Of a DNA stretch of 64,000 nucleotides, positions 21,287-31,649 are shown one piece after another; positions within the stretch are counted from its first letter, which is position 1, and each line of letters begins with the position of its first letter. Origin of the DNA: a virus; the IMG/VR virus record IMGVR_UViG_3300017989_004886; one strand, written 5' to 3'. The position numbers and the translations under genes are program-made. A model generated the notes under the pieces. It had not been told where the DNA came from. It saw nothing but the letters and a program-made list of their open reading frames with translations, and searched no databases.

Positions 21287-23091
21287 TATGTTGCCAATAC
21301 ATTAGATGACCCTTGCGGATGAGGCATTCCAGTAAAAGCACACACATGCTTTTGAGTAACCACTCCCGCCAAAGGCAATGTAGGGCCTTGTAATTGAACT
21401 TGTCCTCCTACTGTTCGAATATTAACATTTTGTGCTGTCGCTTCGATATTTACATTACCACTAGGACTTTTAATATCAAGTTGTCCTGTTGTACCATCCA
21501 TTTTAATATTATTCTGAGGAGTTTTAACTTCAATTGTTCCTGGCCCTGTATTATTGAGTTCAACGTTTCCACTCTGCACAGTTATTTTTAGAGATTTACC
21601 AGAATCAGGGCCTGCTGTAACTGGCTGTTGTATTGTTACATTTATCCCGCCTTGTGTTGTAATATTTATAGATTCTCCCAAAACCCCTTCATCTCTTCCT
21701 ACTGTACCTTTAATCTTACCTGCTGTATCAAATCTAAGAGATTCTTTTTGCTCTCCAGTAGGGGTATTTGTTTGTCTGCCCAAATAGAGTTTAGTCCCAC
21801 CTAAAATAGCTCCCTCCACACTTCTACCTTCGCCCAACGGATCAGATGTAGAAGATGGGCTAATAACAAATGAAACTTTACCTTCTTTATTAATATCAAA
21901 AGTAGTGCCTTCATCCATTAAACCTGCTGTAGGATGCATTGCTTTTCCAGATCTTCTCGTTTTTGGAAAAAGCAAGTGGAATAGACTGGCAAGTTTGTTT
22001 TCTTCATCTGCTGTTATTGCAGCTAAATACCTTAATGTAGGGGTTGTTGAAGCATGAGTCCCAAAAATTTGTCTTTTCAAAACTTTACCATAGTCAGTTC
22101 CTTGAATCCCGCTTGTACCTCCAACAGAGGAAGCCAACAACAAAGGATTATAACCGACCAAAGTACCAACCACTTGAACAAAGAGAAGATTATCTTTTAA
22201 TGTTGAAGAAGTTGACTGATCAGATCTAATTGAAGCATAAGGAGAATCTACATCCAGATCAGCATTTTCTTCCAAAATTGGAGGTACTAATTCGCTCGTT
22301 TCTGTTAATTCAAATCTATATTCATTCCAAGCTGTTCCACCTAAATCTGGGTTTTGCAAAGATAAACTTGTTGTAACAACCCAAAGACGCTTCCCATTAG
22401 GTAAAACAATAGGAGTTATATTTCCAATTTTTTGAGTAGCTGGGTTAATTCCAGGAGCATCTTGTATTGCTGCAATTAAAGAAGAAATTGAAGGAAATGT
22501 AGTAGGTAAAAATTCGGTCGTTAAAACATCATTTCGAATTACTGGACCATTGGATATGCGGCCCGCATTTGTTAATAAATAATTTGATATTGAATTTTGA
22601 CGAATGGATTGATCAGCAGAACGAATTTCAAATTCATTCAACTTAGAATTTGAAATATAAACATCTCTTGAGAGTAAAACTTCACTCCCCTGTTTTGAAG
22701 CAAACCAACCCTCTCCCGGATAAATCTTTCTTTTCTTTCTACGAACCTCTGGACGCCCAACACCCCCGTCAATAGAATCATAATTAAAACCTGATTTCCA
22801 GCTTGTAGGTAAATAGGCCACAATAGATGGACGGGCTGATCTTTGAGAATGTCTAAAGAAATGACAAAGGCATAGCGAATTTTCCTCGGGCATTACTCCC
22901 ATAAAAGATCGCGGGCCATCATACGGATTTGTCAATTGAATATTTGAAGCTCCTCCAGGTCCATCCAACCACTCTATATCTACAAACCATCTCTCAGGAT
23001 CTACACGAGTTATCCGAGCAGGACGTAACATGAAATAGCGATTGGCTGCACTAATAGAAAGATCAGGAGGACCTATCGGGTCTAAAGGCAT
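21286..23091 (-). CDS. Baseplate central spike (gp5/gpV-like)
   Basis: OB-fold-like ARITRVDPE..MPEE; beta-repeat C-terminus ending CAFTGMPH. Confidence 0.7.
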   Translation of the reverse strand: MPLDPIGPPDLSISAANRYFMLRPARITRVDPERWFVDIEWLDGPGGASNIQLTNPYDGPRSFMGVMPEENSLCLCHFFRHSQRSARPSIVAYLPTSWKSGFNYDSIDGGVGRPEVRRKKRKIYPGEGWFASKQGSEVLLSRDVYISNSKLNEFEIRSADQSIRQNSISNYLLTNAGRISNGPVIRNDVLTTEFLPTTFPSISSLIAAIQDAPGINPATQKIGNITPIVLPNGKRLWVVTTSLSLQNPDLGGTAWNEYRFELTETSELVPPILEENADLDVDSPYASIRSDQSTSSTLKDNLLFVQVVGTLVGYNPLLLASSVGGTSGIQGTDYGKVLKRQIFGTHASTTPTLRYLAAITADEENKLASLFHLLFPKTRRSGKAMHPTAGLMDEGTTFDINKEGKVSFVISPSSTSDPLGEGRSVEGAILGGTKLYLGRQTNTPTGEQKESLRFDTAGKIKGTVGRDEGVLGESINITTQGGINVTIQQPVTAGPDSGKSLKITVQSGNVELNNTGPGTIEVKTPQNNIKMDGTTGQLDIKSPSGNVNIEATAQNVNIRTVGGQVQLQGPTLPLAGVVTQKHVCAFTGMPHPQGSSNVLAT

Positions 23092-23093
23092 TA

Positions 23094-25451
23094 TTAACCC
23101 CCAAATAAAGTTAATTTTGCAGCTAACGCATTAATATAATCAGCATCATTTTTCCAACATTGACAAGCATTATCTCTATCAAAGTGACCAGCTTTCATTT
23201 CTTTAGTTAAACGAGCAACAAAATCCTTATCCATCTGATTAATAGCTAACTTTTCCTTGGATATATTGTAATTTAATTCAGCTTCTGAATCACTGTCCAA
23301 CGGAGACATGACTGCTATCTGTTTAGCATTATTTCCAGATAATGAAGAAAATGCATTAGTTATTTTTTGAGTTAAACCTGTAACTTGATTAGCAATTCCA
23401 AGACGAACTTTTTCGGCAGCCACTTGAGTAGAAAGAGAACTAACAGATTTAAAAGAAACATTACCCTTCCGGTTGATCTCCATATTTCGTCCATATGGAA
23501 ACATCCCAATTAAATCATATCCATTTTCATCAGTAACCGGAATAATTGTTGTATATGAAAAATTTGGTTGGTATTGATAATCAGCAAAACCAAAATGTTT
23601 AGATTTAACTTGAACCCTTTGATAATCTTTTATCTGATTGATTCTATAAAAATACTGCCCAGGCATTTGATCATAGACAAATGTTCCACTCAAACAACCA
23701 AATACAGAGACATCAGAATTTTGTTGAACTTCTGTATTGACATAGTCAGGTATAGAATCAACAATAGCATCTTCTAATTTACCAGTATTTGGGTTTCTTT
23801 TAAATATCGCCCGCTTTTGTCTCCAAGAAGTTGAAGTCAAAATTACATTTGGAGTACCTTTTTTAAACTCAATAGAATCTCTTAATTTAGCAATACCCTC
23901 TTTTGAAGCAGTATAAGGTTTAGCAATGTGAGGGGGTGAAAATTTTCTTCTCACACCCCTCACATTAACTGTCGTTGTAAAAGTAGACCCAACAGATAAG
24001 TTGTGAGAAATCGAATCAACATAATAATAAGCATCTCTAGATGGGACATAAATTGGATAACCAAGACGTAATTCAGGCCTACCTGGAATTGTAATACTTC
24101 CACCTACTCGCATTGCGTTATTTCGATCAAGCCAACCAACGGCATAAAGTTGGCAAGCCCTAGCATCATTAAGCCAATTAATTGATAAAGTTTTTTGACG
24201 GTTACCATATTGTCGAGTGAGTTTCTGGTCTATTGCACAACCTAACGGGCTCACTCTAGGATCAAATTCACCAGCAGGATAAAGGTTACCGTAAACATCA
24301 CAACGAGTATAAATTTGTGATTCATCCTCAGAAATATTCCAACTAATAATATCTTCATCTCTCAAATTTAAAATCGGATTTGGTTTTACATCCAAATTAT
24401 AAAATGGAGGTTTAAATATGATCTCTCCAGTAAAATCCATATAAAATTCAAAATTAATAAATTCAGCAACTTCTCGAGCAATTGCTAATTTAGTACGATA
24501 ATCACTTTCAACTGAAGAAATACTTGCTTGAAATTTTGGAAAAGGAGTCACATCAGCTACATAATCTTTAATTGTTGCTCTCTCAATATCAAAAGGCAAA
24601 GAACCTTGGGTGGCTCTTTGATCAGCCGTTTTATAATTTCTTAAATCTATATCATCTTTACCTTTTATTGGTACACCATCTAAACCGAACATACGCAAAG
24701 ATTTACAAATCTGATTAAATCTTTTACTCCAATATTGGATCATTTCAGAAGAACGTTCTTTTAAAACTACATTGGATGCTCGAGTATCTTCAATCGTTGT
24801 AAAATCTTTTTTAAGCGCTTCTTCGGGACGTTTTGTGTTCCAGGTAATTCCAAGATTTAAACCTTGAAGATGTTGAATTGTACCCATTGTCTGAGCAAGC
24901 GAATAAATAATTGAATAGGGGTTATGCCCATAATAACGAGCAGGTTTACCTACACCAGGTTGTTCCTTCGGAAAATACTGAGGAGCAATTGCAGCAGGAT
25001 GCACATTAATTACCATTAACTCCCACCAACGCAAGATGTCTTTACAATTAATGCTTAAAGTATGCGTACCATCACTATAACTTTCTGAAAATGACGAGAC
25101 AAGACCCCAAAACACTTGATAATATTTAGGTTCTGGATTTGTAGCCGATAAAAAACGACCTTTCATGAAAATTTCAACTTCAGACATTGGGCCAAAAACA
25201 GGCTCGCCATTTCGCACATACTGATTAACCGCATGTCTCGGCGTTGCCAAATCAAAAGAAGCAGTTCCTGAACCTGCATCAAGCCCTAGAGAAACTGTAA
25301 CATTTGTAATATCATCATTAATATTACCTTTTCTTCCGCACTCTCTACAAACAGGTACGGTAATCTCTCCATTAATAAACACTAAAAAATCAGGAGCTAG
25401 TGTTGTTACTTTCTTTTGATGATATGACTGGGCATATGGAAATCTAAACAC
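23094..25451 (-). CDS. Baseplate hub protein (gp27/gpD-like)
   Basis: EFYMD..G.IIFKPPFYN, GSITIPGRPELRLGYP..YYV.SISH. Confidence 0.75.
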   Translation of the reverse strand: MFRFPYAQSYHQKKVTTLAPDFLVFINGEITVPVCRECGRKGNINDDITNVTVSLGLDAGSGTASFDLATPRHAVNQYVRNGEPVFGPMSEVEIFMKGRFLSATNPEPKYYQVFWGLVSSFSESYSDGTHTLSINCKDILRWWELMVINVHPAAIAPQYFPKEQPGVGKPARYYGHNPYSIIYSLAQTMGTIQHLQGLNLGITWNTKRPEEALKKDFTTIEDTRASNVVLKERSSEMIQYWSKRFNQICKSLRMFGLDGVPIKGKDDIDLRNYKTADQRATQGSLPFDIERATIKDYVADVTPFPKFQASISSVESDYRTKLAIAREVAEFINFEFYMDFTGEIIFKPPFYNLDVKPNPILNLRDEDIISWNISEDESQIYTRCDVYGNLYPAGEFDPRVSPLGCAIDQKLTRQYGNRQKTLSINWLNDARACQLYAVGWLDRNNAMRVGGSITIPGRPELRLGYPIYVPSRDAYYYVDSISHNLSVGSTFTTTVNVRGVRRKFSPPHIAKPYTASKEGIAKLRDSIEFKKGTPNVILTSTSWRQKRAIFKRNPNTGKLEDAIVDSIPDYVNTEVQQNSDVSVFGCLSGTFVYDQMPGQYFYRINQIKDYQRVQVKSKHFGFADYQYQPNFSYTTIIPVTDENGYDLIGMFPYGRNMEINRKGNVSFKSVSSLSTQVAAEKVRLGIANQVTGLTQKITNAFSSLSGNNAKQIAVMSPLDSDSEAELNYNISKEKLAINQMDKDFVARLTKEMKAGHFDRDNACQCWKNDADYINALAAKLTLFGG

Positions 25452-26292
25452 CGCCTGTTACCCCAAATAGAGTTCCTAATTGAGACAAAAGAGCTGCCGG
25501 TTGCATGCCCCGATACCATTTACGAACAACAAATTCAAAACTATATGAAAATGAAAAGGGTCGTGTTGCTTCCTCAGTTATTGTGAAACTTCTAAAGCTT
25601 CCAATATAGTTAACAAAATCATAGTATAATCTAACAGAACCAACAGAGTTGATCCTGCGTTTATCATACTGTTTTTCATAGTTATATCCGTTATTTTTAT
25701 AGATTAAATATAGGGCCATAAGATTTTGATAAGCAGCACTATTTCTCGCATTTATACGCGTAATTCCGGCTTTGTTATTAAACACCTCATTCCCGATATA
25801 AAAACCTCCAGTTCTACCACTAATAAGGATGCGATCAAGTTCTTCTCCCCAATGTTCTACAATCCAACCACCTTTTGCATAAGTTGGCGTTGCTACCTTT
25901 TGAGCATTTAAAGTCATATCGGAGGGATTTACTAACAATGTCAAAGGAGGTATATAAGTTCTTTTCTTACCTTGAAAAGCCGCTTTTACAGTATCTGCAG
26001 GAGTTCTAGCGCTTAAAGCCGAAGAAGCATCTCCTGGTAAACCTACAGGAGAATTTGCTGCTCGAGGACCTCTTGGGTTGGGGTCTGTATCAAAAATGTC
26101 GACTGAAAAAATCATTGGTGAAAAATTAGGTCTCGAACTAACAACTGGAAAACCCCCAGGCACCGGAAAAATTTTAGCTTCGAACTCCTCAGGCATGTGC
26201 AAAACAAGAGAGGCATAATTAGCAATTGTGGAAAGCTTAGTTACCTGGCTACCTACAAAATTACCTAATTTCTGAAAAATAGCATTTGACAT
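25444..26292 (-). CDS. Tail tube initiator-like protein
   Basis: VNP.....HWGEELD..YIG.F.SF..EE...PF.F.Y.FEF.V; paralog of 26292-26861. Confidence 0.6.
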   Translation of the reverse strand: MSNAIFQKLGNFVGSQVTKLSTIANYASLVLHMPEEFEAKIFPVPGGFPVVSSRPNFSPMIFSVDIFDTDPNPRGPRAANSPVGLPGDASSALSARTPADTVKAAFQGKKRTYIPPLTLLVNPSDMTLNAQKVATPTYAKGGWIVEHWGEELDRILISGRTGGFYIGNEVFNNKAGITRINARNSAAYQNLMALYLIYKNNGYNYEKQYDKRRINSVGSVRLYYDFVNYIGSFRSFTITEEATRPFSFSYSFEFVVRKWYRGMQPAALLSQLGTLFGVTGGV

Positions 26293-26861
26293 TAAAATGG
26301 ACTCCCTGGAGAAAGAACAGTCATCGTGTTTTGTACTTTAAAAGTAAAACTCACATCAAATCTATAAGGAGTATCCTCAACTTCACGAAAGATAAAATCC
26401 TCAAAATAACCACTATGATAACCACTATCATAAAGTACACGTAAACTACCTGCTCGTACCGGAACTCCGTTTTCATCCCATAAAAGCCCATTGCTTCTAT
26501 AAATTTCTATGATACTCAAAAAATTCATGTAACCAATTGTACTTGTGCGATTTATAAATGGCTTTGAGGATCCTGAAGCTAAACCCGCATAAGGCAACAT
26601 AAAAGAGGCAGTAGCAGCCGAAGCGCTTAAAGTATCAAGTTCATCTCCCCAATGATATTCAACCCACCCACTTCTTGTTTTAGTTGTTGTAACAATTTTG
26701 GCGCTGCTCTTTTCAAAAGTTCTTGGATTAATTAACATGAACAAAGGAGGTACCCAAGGTCTCTTATCAATACCCTTAATATCAAAAACCATGGGTATAC
26801 GTTTATGGAGATTTACATTTAGGCCAATGTCTCGAAATAATGTATTCATAAAGGATGTCAT
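26292..26861 (-). CDS. Tail tube initiator-like protein
   Basis: INP.....HWGDELD..GYFE.F..E....PY.F...F.F.V. Confidence 0.6.
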   Translation of the reverse strand: MTSFMNTLFRDIGLNVNLHKRIPMVFDIKGIDKRPWVPPLFMLINPRTFEKSSAKIVTTTKTRSGWVEYHWGDELDTLSASAATASFMLPYAGLASGSSKPFINRTSTIGYMNFLSIIEIYRSNGLLWDENGVPVRAGSLRVLYDSGYHSGYFEDFIFREVEDTPYRFDVSFTFKVQNTMTVLSPGSPF

Positions 26862-28903
26862 TAATCAGCTCTTCCTTTTGCAAGCTTTTCAGCACGTTGC
26901 AATCCTCTTACGGCAGCCTCTCCCGCCTCTTTACTATCATTTGTATAAATGTTTTGATTTAGAGTCATTCCACTAGCCCAAGGAGATTGGAAACCTTCAA
27001 AAGGAGCCCTTTTACCTGCTCCAGAAATACTAGGGAAAAGTTTTTCTGCAATTTGATCAAGCCAAGGCATAACACCAGGAGCAAGGGCGGCACCTGCTGC
27101 CCATGCTGCAGTTCTGCCTGTTTTTCTCCCGCTTTCAATTTCTTTTAAAATGCCTGCTTCTTCCAACAACGCTTTATGATTTACAGCTCCCAAATCTTTT
27201 AATTCTTTTAAATAGGCAGTCTGATCTAATGTTTTTCGTTCGCCCCTTTCATATTCTTGTCTAGCTTTATTCATAAGAATACGAGTAGCTTTTATCTCAG
27301 CTGCAGTCTCTGACATGTAAGGAAGATATCTCTCAGCGAAGTCAAACATAAGGTCTAATCCCATTTGTACATAAGGAGCAATCTCATTCATCAAAGCAAA
27401 TAAAATGTTTTCTAAAACATTCCCTACCCGATCTTGGATTAATTTTCTGAATTTTTCCGCGCGTTCTTTTTCCTTATCAGGATTTAAGCGTTTTTCAATC
27501 TCTTCCGGATTTTTTCTGAGAAATTTAATGAAATCATCGGTACTTTTAATATTCTCTTTTCTTGCAAGTACCGCCATATGTTTGATAACTTCTAAATGTT
27601 TTTCTGTTACATTCGCTAAACCAAGCCCTTTTAATGTTAGATATTCTTGTGTTGCATCTAAATTAGCTATATCCTCCAATGATTTTAACTGTTTACCTAT
27701 AAATTTTTCTGGAAGGGTCAAAATCATTTCTAAATGCCCAGCAGCCCCGACCCTTTTCATAGCCCTACCAGCGGCTATAAACTCTCCAGCCATAACTGCT
27801 TGTCTATCTCGAATAGACTCCGCCAATTCCATTTCTTTTTGTAAATAGTCAGCACTGCCTTCTTCTAACTTTGACATTTCTCCGCGTAATCTTTCTATAG
27901 TACCCTGAATTATTTTAACCATATTTTCTTGGCCAACTAGAGCAGCTATTTCAATTCGTCTTTCAACATTAAGTTCCTTAATTCCAACAGTTAAAGCATT
28001 AATGGATTCTTTGGCCTGTCTCATTGATATAGTGCTAGTTTTACCCATAAATTCTAAAAGACGAGAAGCTTCACCAATTGAACCTCCGAAATAGCCCATA
28101 GTGGGAATTACCTGTTGTACAGTCATTAAAAAATTACGAGTCCCATAACGAGATTTCAAAGAAGATTCAAAAATCTCGGTGAAAGCTTCTTTACCCATTT
28201 CTCCAGAAATATTTAATTCACGTGTGAAATCGGTGATAGTTTTTGCCATTTCTCCATATTTCATTTGGAACAATGTTCCAAAATTAATTGCCATACTTGT
28301 AGCTTCATATAAATTTTCAAATTTAGAAGAAGTACTATCTACAATCATCCCAGCTTCTTGATAACCTTTCATTGCCTCAAGTTGATCTCCTACAGTAGAA
28401 GTAAAGACACCACTAGTAACTGTCGCTTTTTCTAAGTCATCTCTAAGTTTTTGTACTGCTGTACCAACATCTCCAGTAGATAAATCTAAATACGCGAAAG
28501 CATCTCCAGTCTCTAATACTATTCTATTTTGAGCAAGTGTCATAGTATATAACTTTTTTAAACCTTCCCAAAGACCAGATGCTACTGCTTGAACTGCGGC
28601 TATTTGGGGCACTGCCTTTGCTAAACCACTAGCCAAACCACCTATGGCTTTTATATTTCCGCTAAAAATAGTCCCAAGGATCTTTCCTGTTTTAATCGTC
28701 GCTTCGTCTTGCTTCTTTTTCTTCTTTTCTTGATCTGTCTCTTCTTTTTTCTTTTTTCTAGATTCCTCTGTTCTTTTTCGTAAAGTCTCTTGCTTTTTTG
28801 ATAGAGAATCAATAGACTTTGCAAGAGCCTTGACAGACTTATCCATATCCTTAAAGATGTCTTCAGCACCTTTAATTGTTACTTCTAATTTTTTGTCAGC
28901 CAT
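26861..28903 (-). CDS. Tape-measure-like protein
   Basis: Helical A/G/K/E-rich protein in the canonical position after tube and chaperones. Confidence 0.65.
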   Translation of the reverse strand: MADKKLEVTIKGAEDIFKDMDKSVKALAKSIDSLSKKQETLRKRTEESRKKKKEETDQEKKKKKQDEATIKTGKILGTIFSGNIKAIGGLASGLAKAVPQIAAVQAVASGLWEGLKKLYTMTLAQNRIVLETGDAFAYLDLSTGDVGTAVQKLRDDLEKATVTSGVFTSTVGDQLEAMKGYQEAGMIVDSTSSKFENLYEATSMAINFGTLFQMKYGEMAKTITDFTRELNISGEMGKEAFTEIFESSLKSRYGTRNFLMTVQQVIPTMGYFGGSIGEASRLLEFMGKTSTISMRQAKESINALTVGIKELNVERRIEIAALVGQENMVKIIQGTIERLRGEMSKLEEGSADYLQKEMELAESIRDRQAVMAGEFIAAGRAMKRVGAAGHLEMILTLPEKFIGKQLKSLEDIANLDATQEYLTLKGLGLANVTEKHLEVIKHMAVLARKENIKSTDDFIKFLRKNPEEIEKRLNPDKEKERAEKFRKLIQDRVGNVLENILFALMNEIAPYVQMGLDLMFDFAERYLPYMSETAAEIKATRILMNKARQEYERGERKTLDQTAYLKELKDLGAVNHKALLEEAGILKEIESGRKTGRTAAWAAGAALAPGVMPWLDQIAEKLFPSISGAGKRAPFEGFQSPWASGMTLNQNIYTNDSKEAGEAAVRGLQRAEKLAKGRAD

Positions 28904-30078
28904 TATTCTAACTTCATAACGCTTTGTTTTCTGATCTTCTCAACTAATTCTTTATATTCTTTTGTTCCAGGTTTAGCCTTTAATAGTTGATTATTAAGTT
29001 CTTCATCGGTTATAGCTGACGAAGACATACCAACAAAAAAATCGTCTTCTGAGTTTTTAAATTGACTTAAATGTTCCTTTTTTATCTTCTCAATTTCTTC
29101 AGGACTTAAATCTGCCATTTGGCTAGCAAGTTTTTCACTAACAGTTGGCATTTCTTTTTGACTTTTGACTGGTTTAGATAATTTGGCAAGATCTTCTTCA
29201 GAAGCAATTCTAGTCTCCCCAATAACTGCCCCTTGATCTCTTTCAAGATTAAACTTCTGTCTGAAATCCTTTCTTATTTGTTCTAATTCAACTTCTTTAT
29301 GTAAAGCGCGTTCTTTTATCTGTCTTTCATAATCAGATATAAATAAATCATGCTCGTCCTTCTCACCCCTAACAATTGAACGTTGGACTTCTTCATATAA
29401 TGATTCCTTTGAGTCTTTACTTGGAGGTACAGCATCTACTCCCTTTAATATTCTCTCACGTTCTTCTAATTCTTCTTTCTTTCTTTGTTTATCTGAAGAT
29501 TCTAAACGACTAAAATCTTGTTTTTTCATTTGTAAACGCATTAATGGTTTTATAAGACTCCACCCAATTTCAGAGTATTCTTTAATATCCTCATATTGAT
29601 TAAGAGTATACCACATTTGTTGGTGCAGATTAATACCAAGATTTTCGGTTCCCTCGACTCCAGTAAATTGGGAACTATTGATTCCAATTACTTTAGCACT
29701 AGGCCAACGCATTCTTGATAAATCATCATAAGTAAAGCGACGAACATCTCTAAGTGCCTTTATGGACTTTCTATTTAAACCTGTTATGGCTTTATAAAGT
29801 GGAGCCGTAATTGATCCTTTAAGTTTATTAAAAAATTTAAAAAGGTTCTCTATTTTTTCTATTCTTGGGCTTACTAACACATTTACTTTCTCAAATAAAT
29901 AAACTGAAAAAGCCAAAAGATAATTGATTTTTTCTCGATTATTTGTTGAGAGAGTATTAATTAAATCATGTTCATTTTCATTAACAGATTTTAAAACAAT
30001 TTTAGTTCCTGCGATCTCAGTTTTTACTGTTAAAAACCCCCGAAAAATCAAATATTCAATTTCTTTAGGAAATGCCAT
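28903..30078 (-). CDS. Putative tail assembly chaperone-related protein
   Basis: Position between tube and tape measure; charged helical C-terminus. Confidence 0.45.
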   Translation of the reverse strand: MAFPKEIEYLIFRGFLTVKTEIAGTKIVLKSVNENEHDLINTLSTNNREKINYLLAFSVYLFEKVNVLVSPRIEKIENLFKFFNKLKGSITAPLYKAITGLNRKSIKALRDVRRFTYDDLSRMRWPSAKVIGINSSQFTGVEGTENLGINLHQQMWYTLNQYEDIKEYSEIGWSLIKPLMRLQMKKQDFSRLESSDKQRKKEELEERERILKGVDAVPPSKDSKESLYEEVQRSIVRGEKDEHDLFISDYERQIKERALHKEVELEQIRKDFRQKFNLERDQGAVIGETRIASEEDLAKLSKPVKSQKEMPTVSEKLASQMADLSPEEIEKIKKEHLSQFKNSEDDFFVGMSSSAITDEELNNQLLKAKPGTKEYKELVEKIRKQSVMKLE

Positions 30079-30079
30079 T

Positions 30080-30727
30080 CTAATAACCTGTCTGGTCTAA
30101 AACTCCACCTGGCTCATCTTCAAGTTTTCTAAAAGAGACTTCCCTGGGTTCTGTCGTTTCAGACTCTTTAGATTCTTCAATAGAATCCTCTTGCATTTCC
30201 TGATCAATTTTGGACATTAAATCTTGATCAGACTGCAATTCATCTTTAACTAATTCGTCCAAACCTTCAATTTTAAATGCTGGCTCCATATTAGCAGACG
30301 CTTCATTAACTAAAGTAACATACTGATTAAAAAGATAAGTAACAAGAAATGGTGGCCAACTCTTTAATTTATTTCGTAAAAAGATTTGACGTTCAATCTT
30401 TAAGTCTTCCCCTCCAGATGGGTTCTTAACTATAAAAAAGTCAATTTTGTCTAGGCGTTCTCCATTAAGGGCTTTAAAAGCATAAACAAGCGTTTCAACC
30501 TTAATATCACGAAGTAAAGCAGGTACCTTAACTTCTCCCTCACCCTTCGCTGCTGCCTCAGCATCAGGACGGCTAGACAAAAAAGATTGAATTGCTTCTT
30601 CAGATTTACCATCAACCACACCTAGAATAATCTCTTGTCCATTAATTTTAACCGGACGTTCGCTATCAGATATTTTTTCGATCTCTTTAAAAGCAGTTTC
30701 AAGTTTTTCCATTAGAAGATCTGGCAT
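30080..30727 (-). CDS. Putative tail assembly chaperone
   Basis: Acidic protein directly after the tube; AAGGAG RBS. Confidence 0.5.
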   Translation of the reverse strand: MPDLLMEKLETAFKEIEKISDSERPVKINGQEIILGVVDGKSEEAIQSFLSSRPDAEAAAKGEGEVKVPALLRDIKVETLVYAFKALNGERLDKIDFFIVKNPSGGEDLKIERQIFLRNKLKSWPPFLVTYLFNQYVTLVNEASANMEPAFKIEGLDELVKDELQSDQDLMSKIDQEMQEDSIEESKESETTEPREVSFRKLEDEPGGVLDQTGY

Positions 30728-30901
30728 TTAAAGCTCCTTGAAAATGGGAAGAAGGAAAACCTGAAGTGGTTTACATCTTGATTCAAATTTATATAAATCT
30801 TCATCTAACCTTTATTAAAGGTTGTGATTCAAATTTTATCTGCATTTTATCTGTATTTAAATAATACCAGGACTAAAAATCTTCCCAAATTAATTATTCT
30901 C

Positions 30902-31600
30902 CTAAGATAGAGTATTCGTTGTTAATCCGGCATTCCCGGCAACATACCTAAGTGAGTTTGCAATTGCTCCGCCAGCAGTACTTGCGATGCCTGCTGGAGC
31001 ATTACCTGATTCAATCTCCTCACCATAAATACTAGCACCGTCAATAACATCACTGGCTACAATCGTAACATTTTCATTAATAATCGTACTATCAGCCTCA
31101 TAGGATGTTCCCCAACTAGACATCCAACAAGCTTCAAAGAAAGTGAGTAGGGCTCTTCTGGTTCCATCTGAAGCGGCTACTGTACCAGGACCTGTTGCAG
31201 TCTGCTGCTCAGCATAAGCTAGTTCTGAGAAAATAATCTCTTGTTTAACATCAAATGGCCATCTGTGGTGTTTTAACGACCGAACTAAACCGTCAATACC
31301 ACCGCGATAACCAAATGCTTGAAAAACATTAGAAAGATAAAGAGCTGCTCTTGTAACTGAAAGCTCAATTGGGTCTTCAACTTGAGGCACTAGCTCAGCT
31401 ATCTGGTCACCAAAACCAACACCCCGAATAGTCTCTACTGATCTACTCGAACTTGGAGCAAAAGATCCTAATACTCCAACTTGTCTAAACGTATTAACAT
31501 CAGGAGCATAAGAAAAGATCTTTACTTTAGAAGATATAGCTGCTCGAGTATTAGGAGTTGTGCCTTCCCTAAAAATGTAGGAATCACGATCAAGCGCCAT
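30902..31600 (-). CDS. Tail tube protein
   Basis: QVG.L..F.PS.SR....RG.G, PFD..Q, FEACW.SSW..SY......I.ENVTI. Confidence 0.75.
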   Translation of the reverse strand: MALDRDSYIFREGTTPNTRAAISSKVKIFSYAPDVNTFRQVGVLGSFAPSSSRSVETIRGVGFGDQIAELVPQVEDPIELSVTRAALYLSNVFQAFGYRGGIDGLVRSLKHHRWPFDVKQEIIFSELAYAEQQTATGPGTVAASDGTRRALLTFFEACWMSSWGTSYEADSTIINENVTIVASDVIDGASIYGEEIESGNAPAGIASTAGGAIANSLRYVAGNAGLTTNTLS

Positions 31601-31649
31601 GTGTTTCTCCTCACATAATTAAATCTCGTTTAAAAGTAAAATTAGTGAA

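Noticed and set aside
15822-28903. Genome-wide stop-codon recoding suggested by two in-frame TAAs
   Set aside because: TAA, TAG and TGA all end genes cleanly, TAATG coupling is common, long ORFs are intact in code 11, and no suppressor anticodon was found
13071-31600. eCIS/T6SS/tailocin instead of phage
   Set aside because: tRNA array, homing nucleases, tape-measure-like gene and dense small ORFs indicate a large phage
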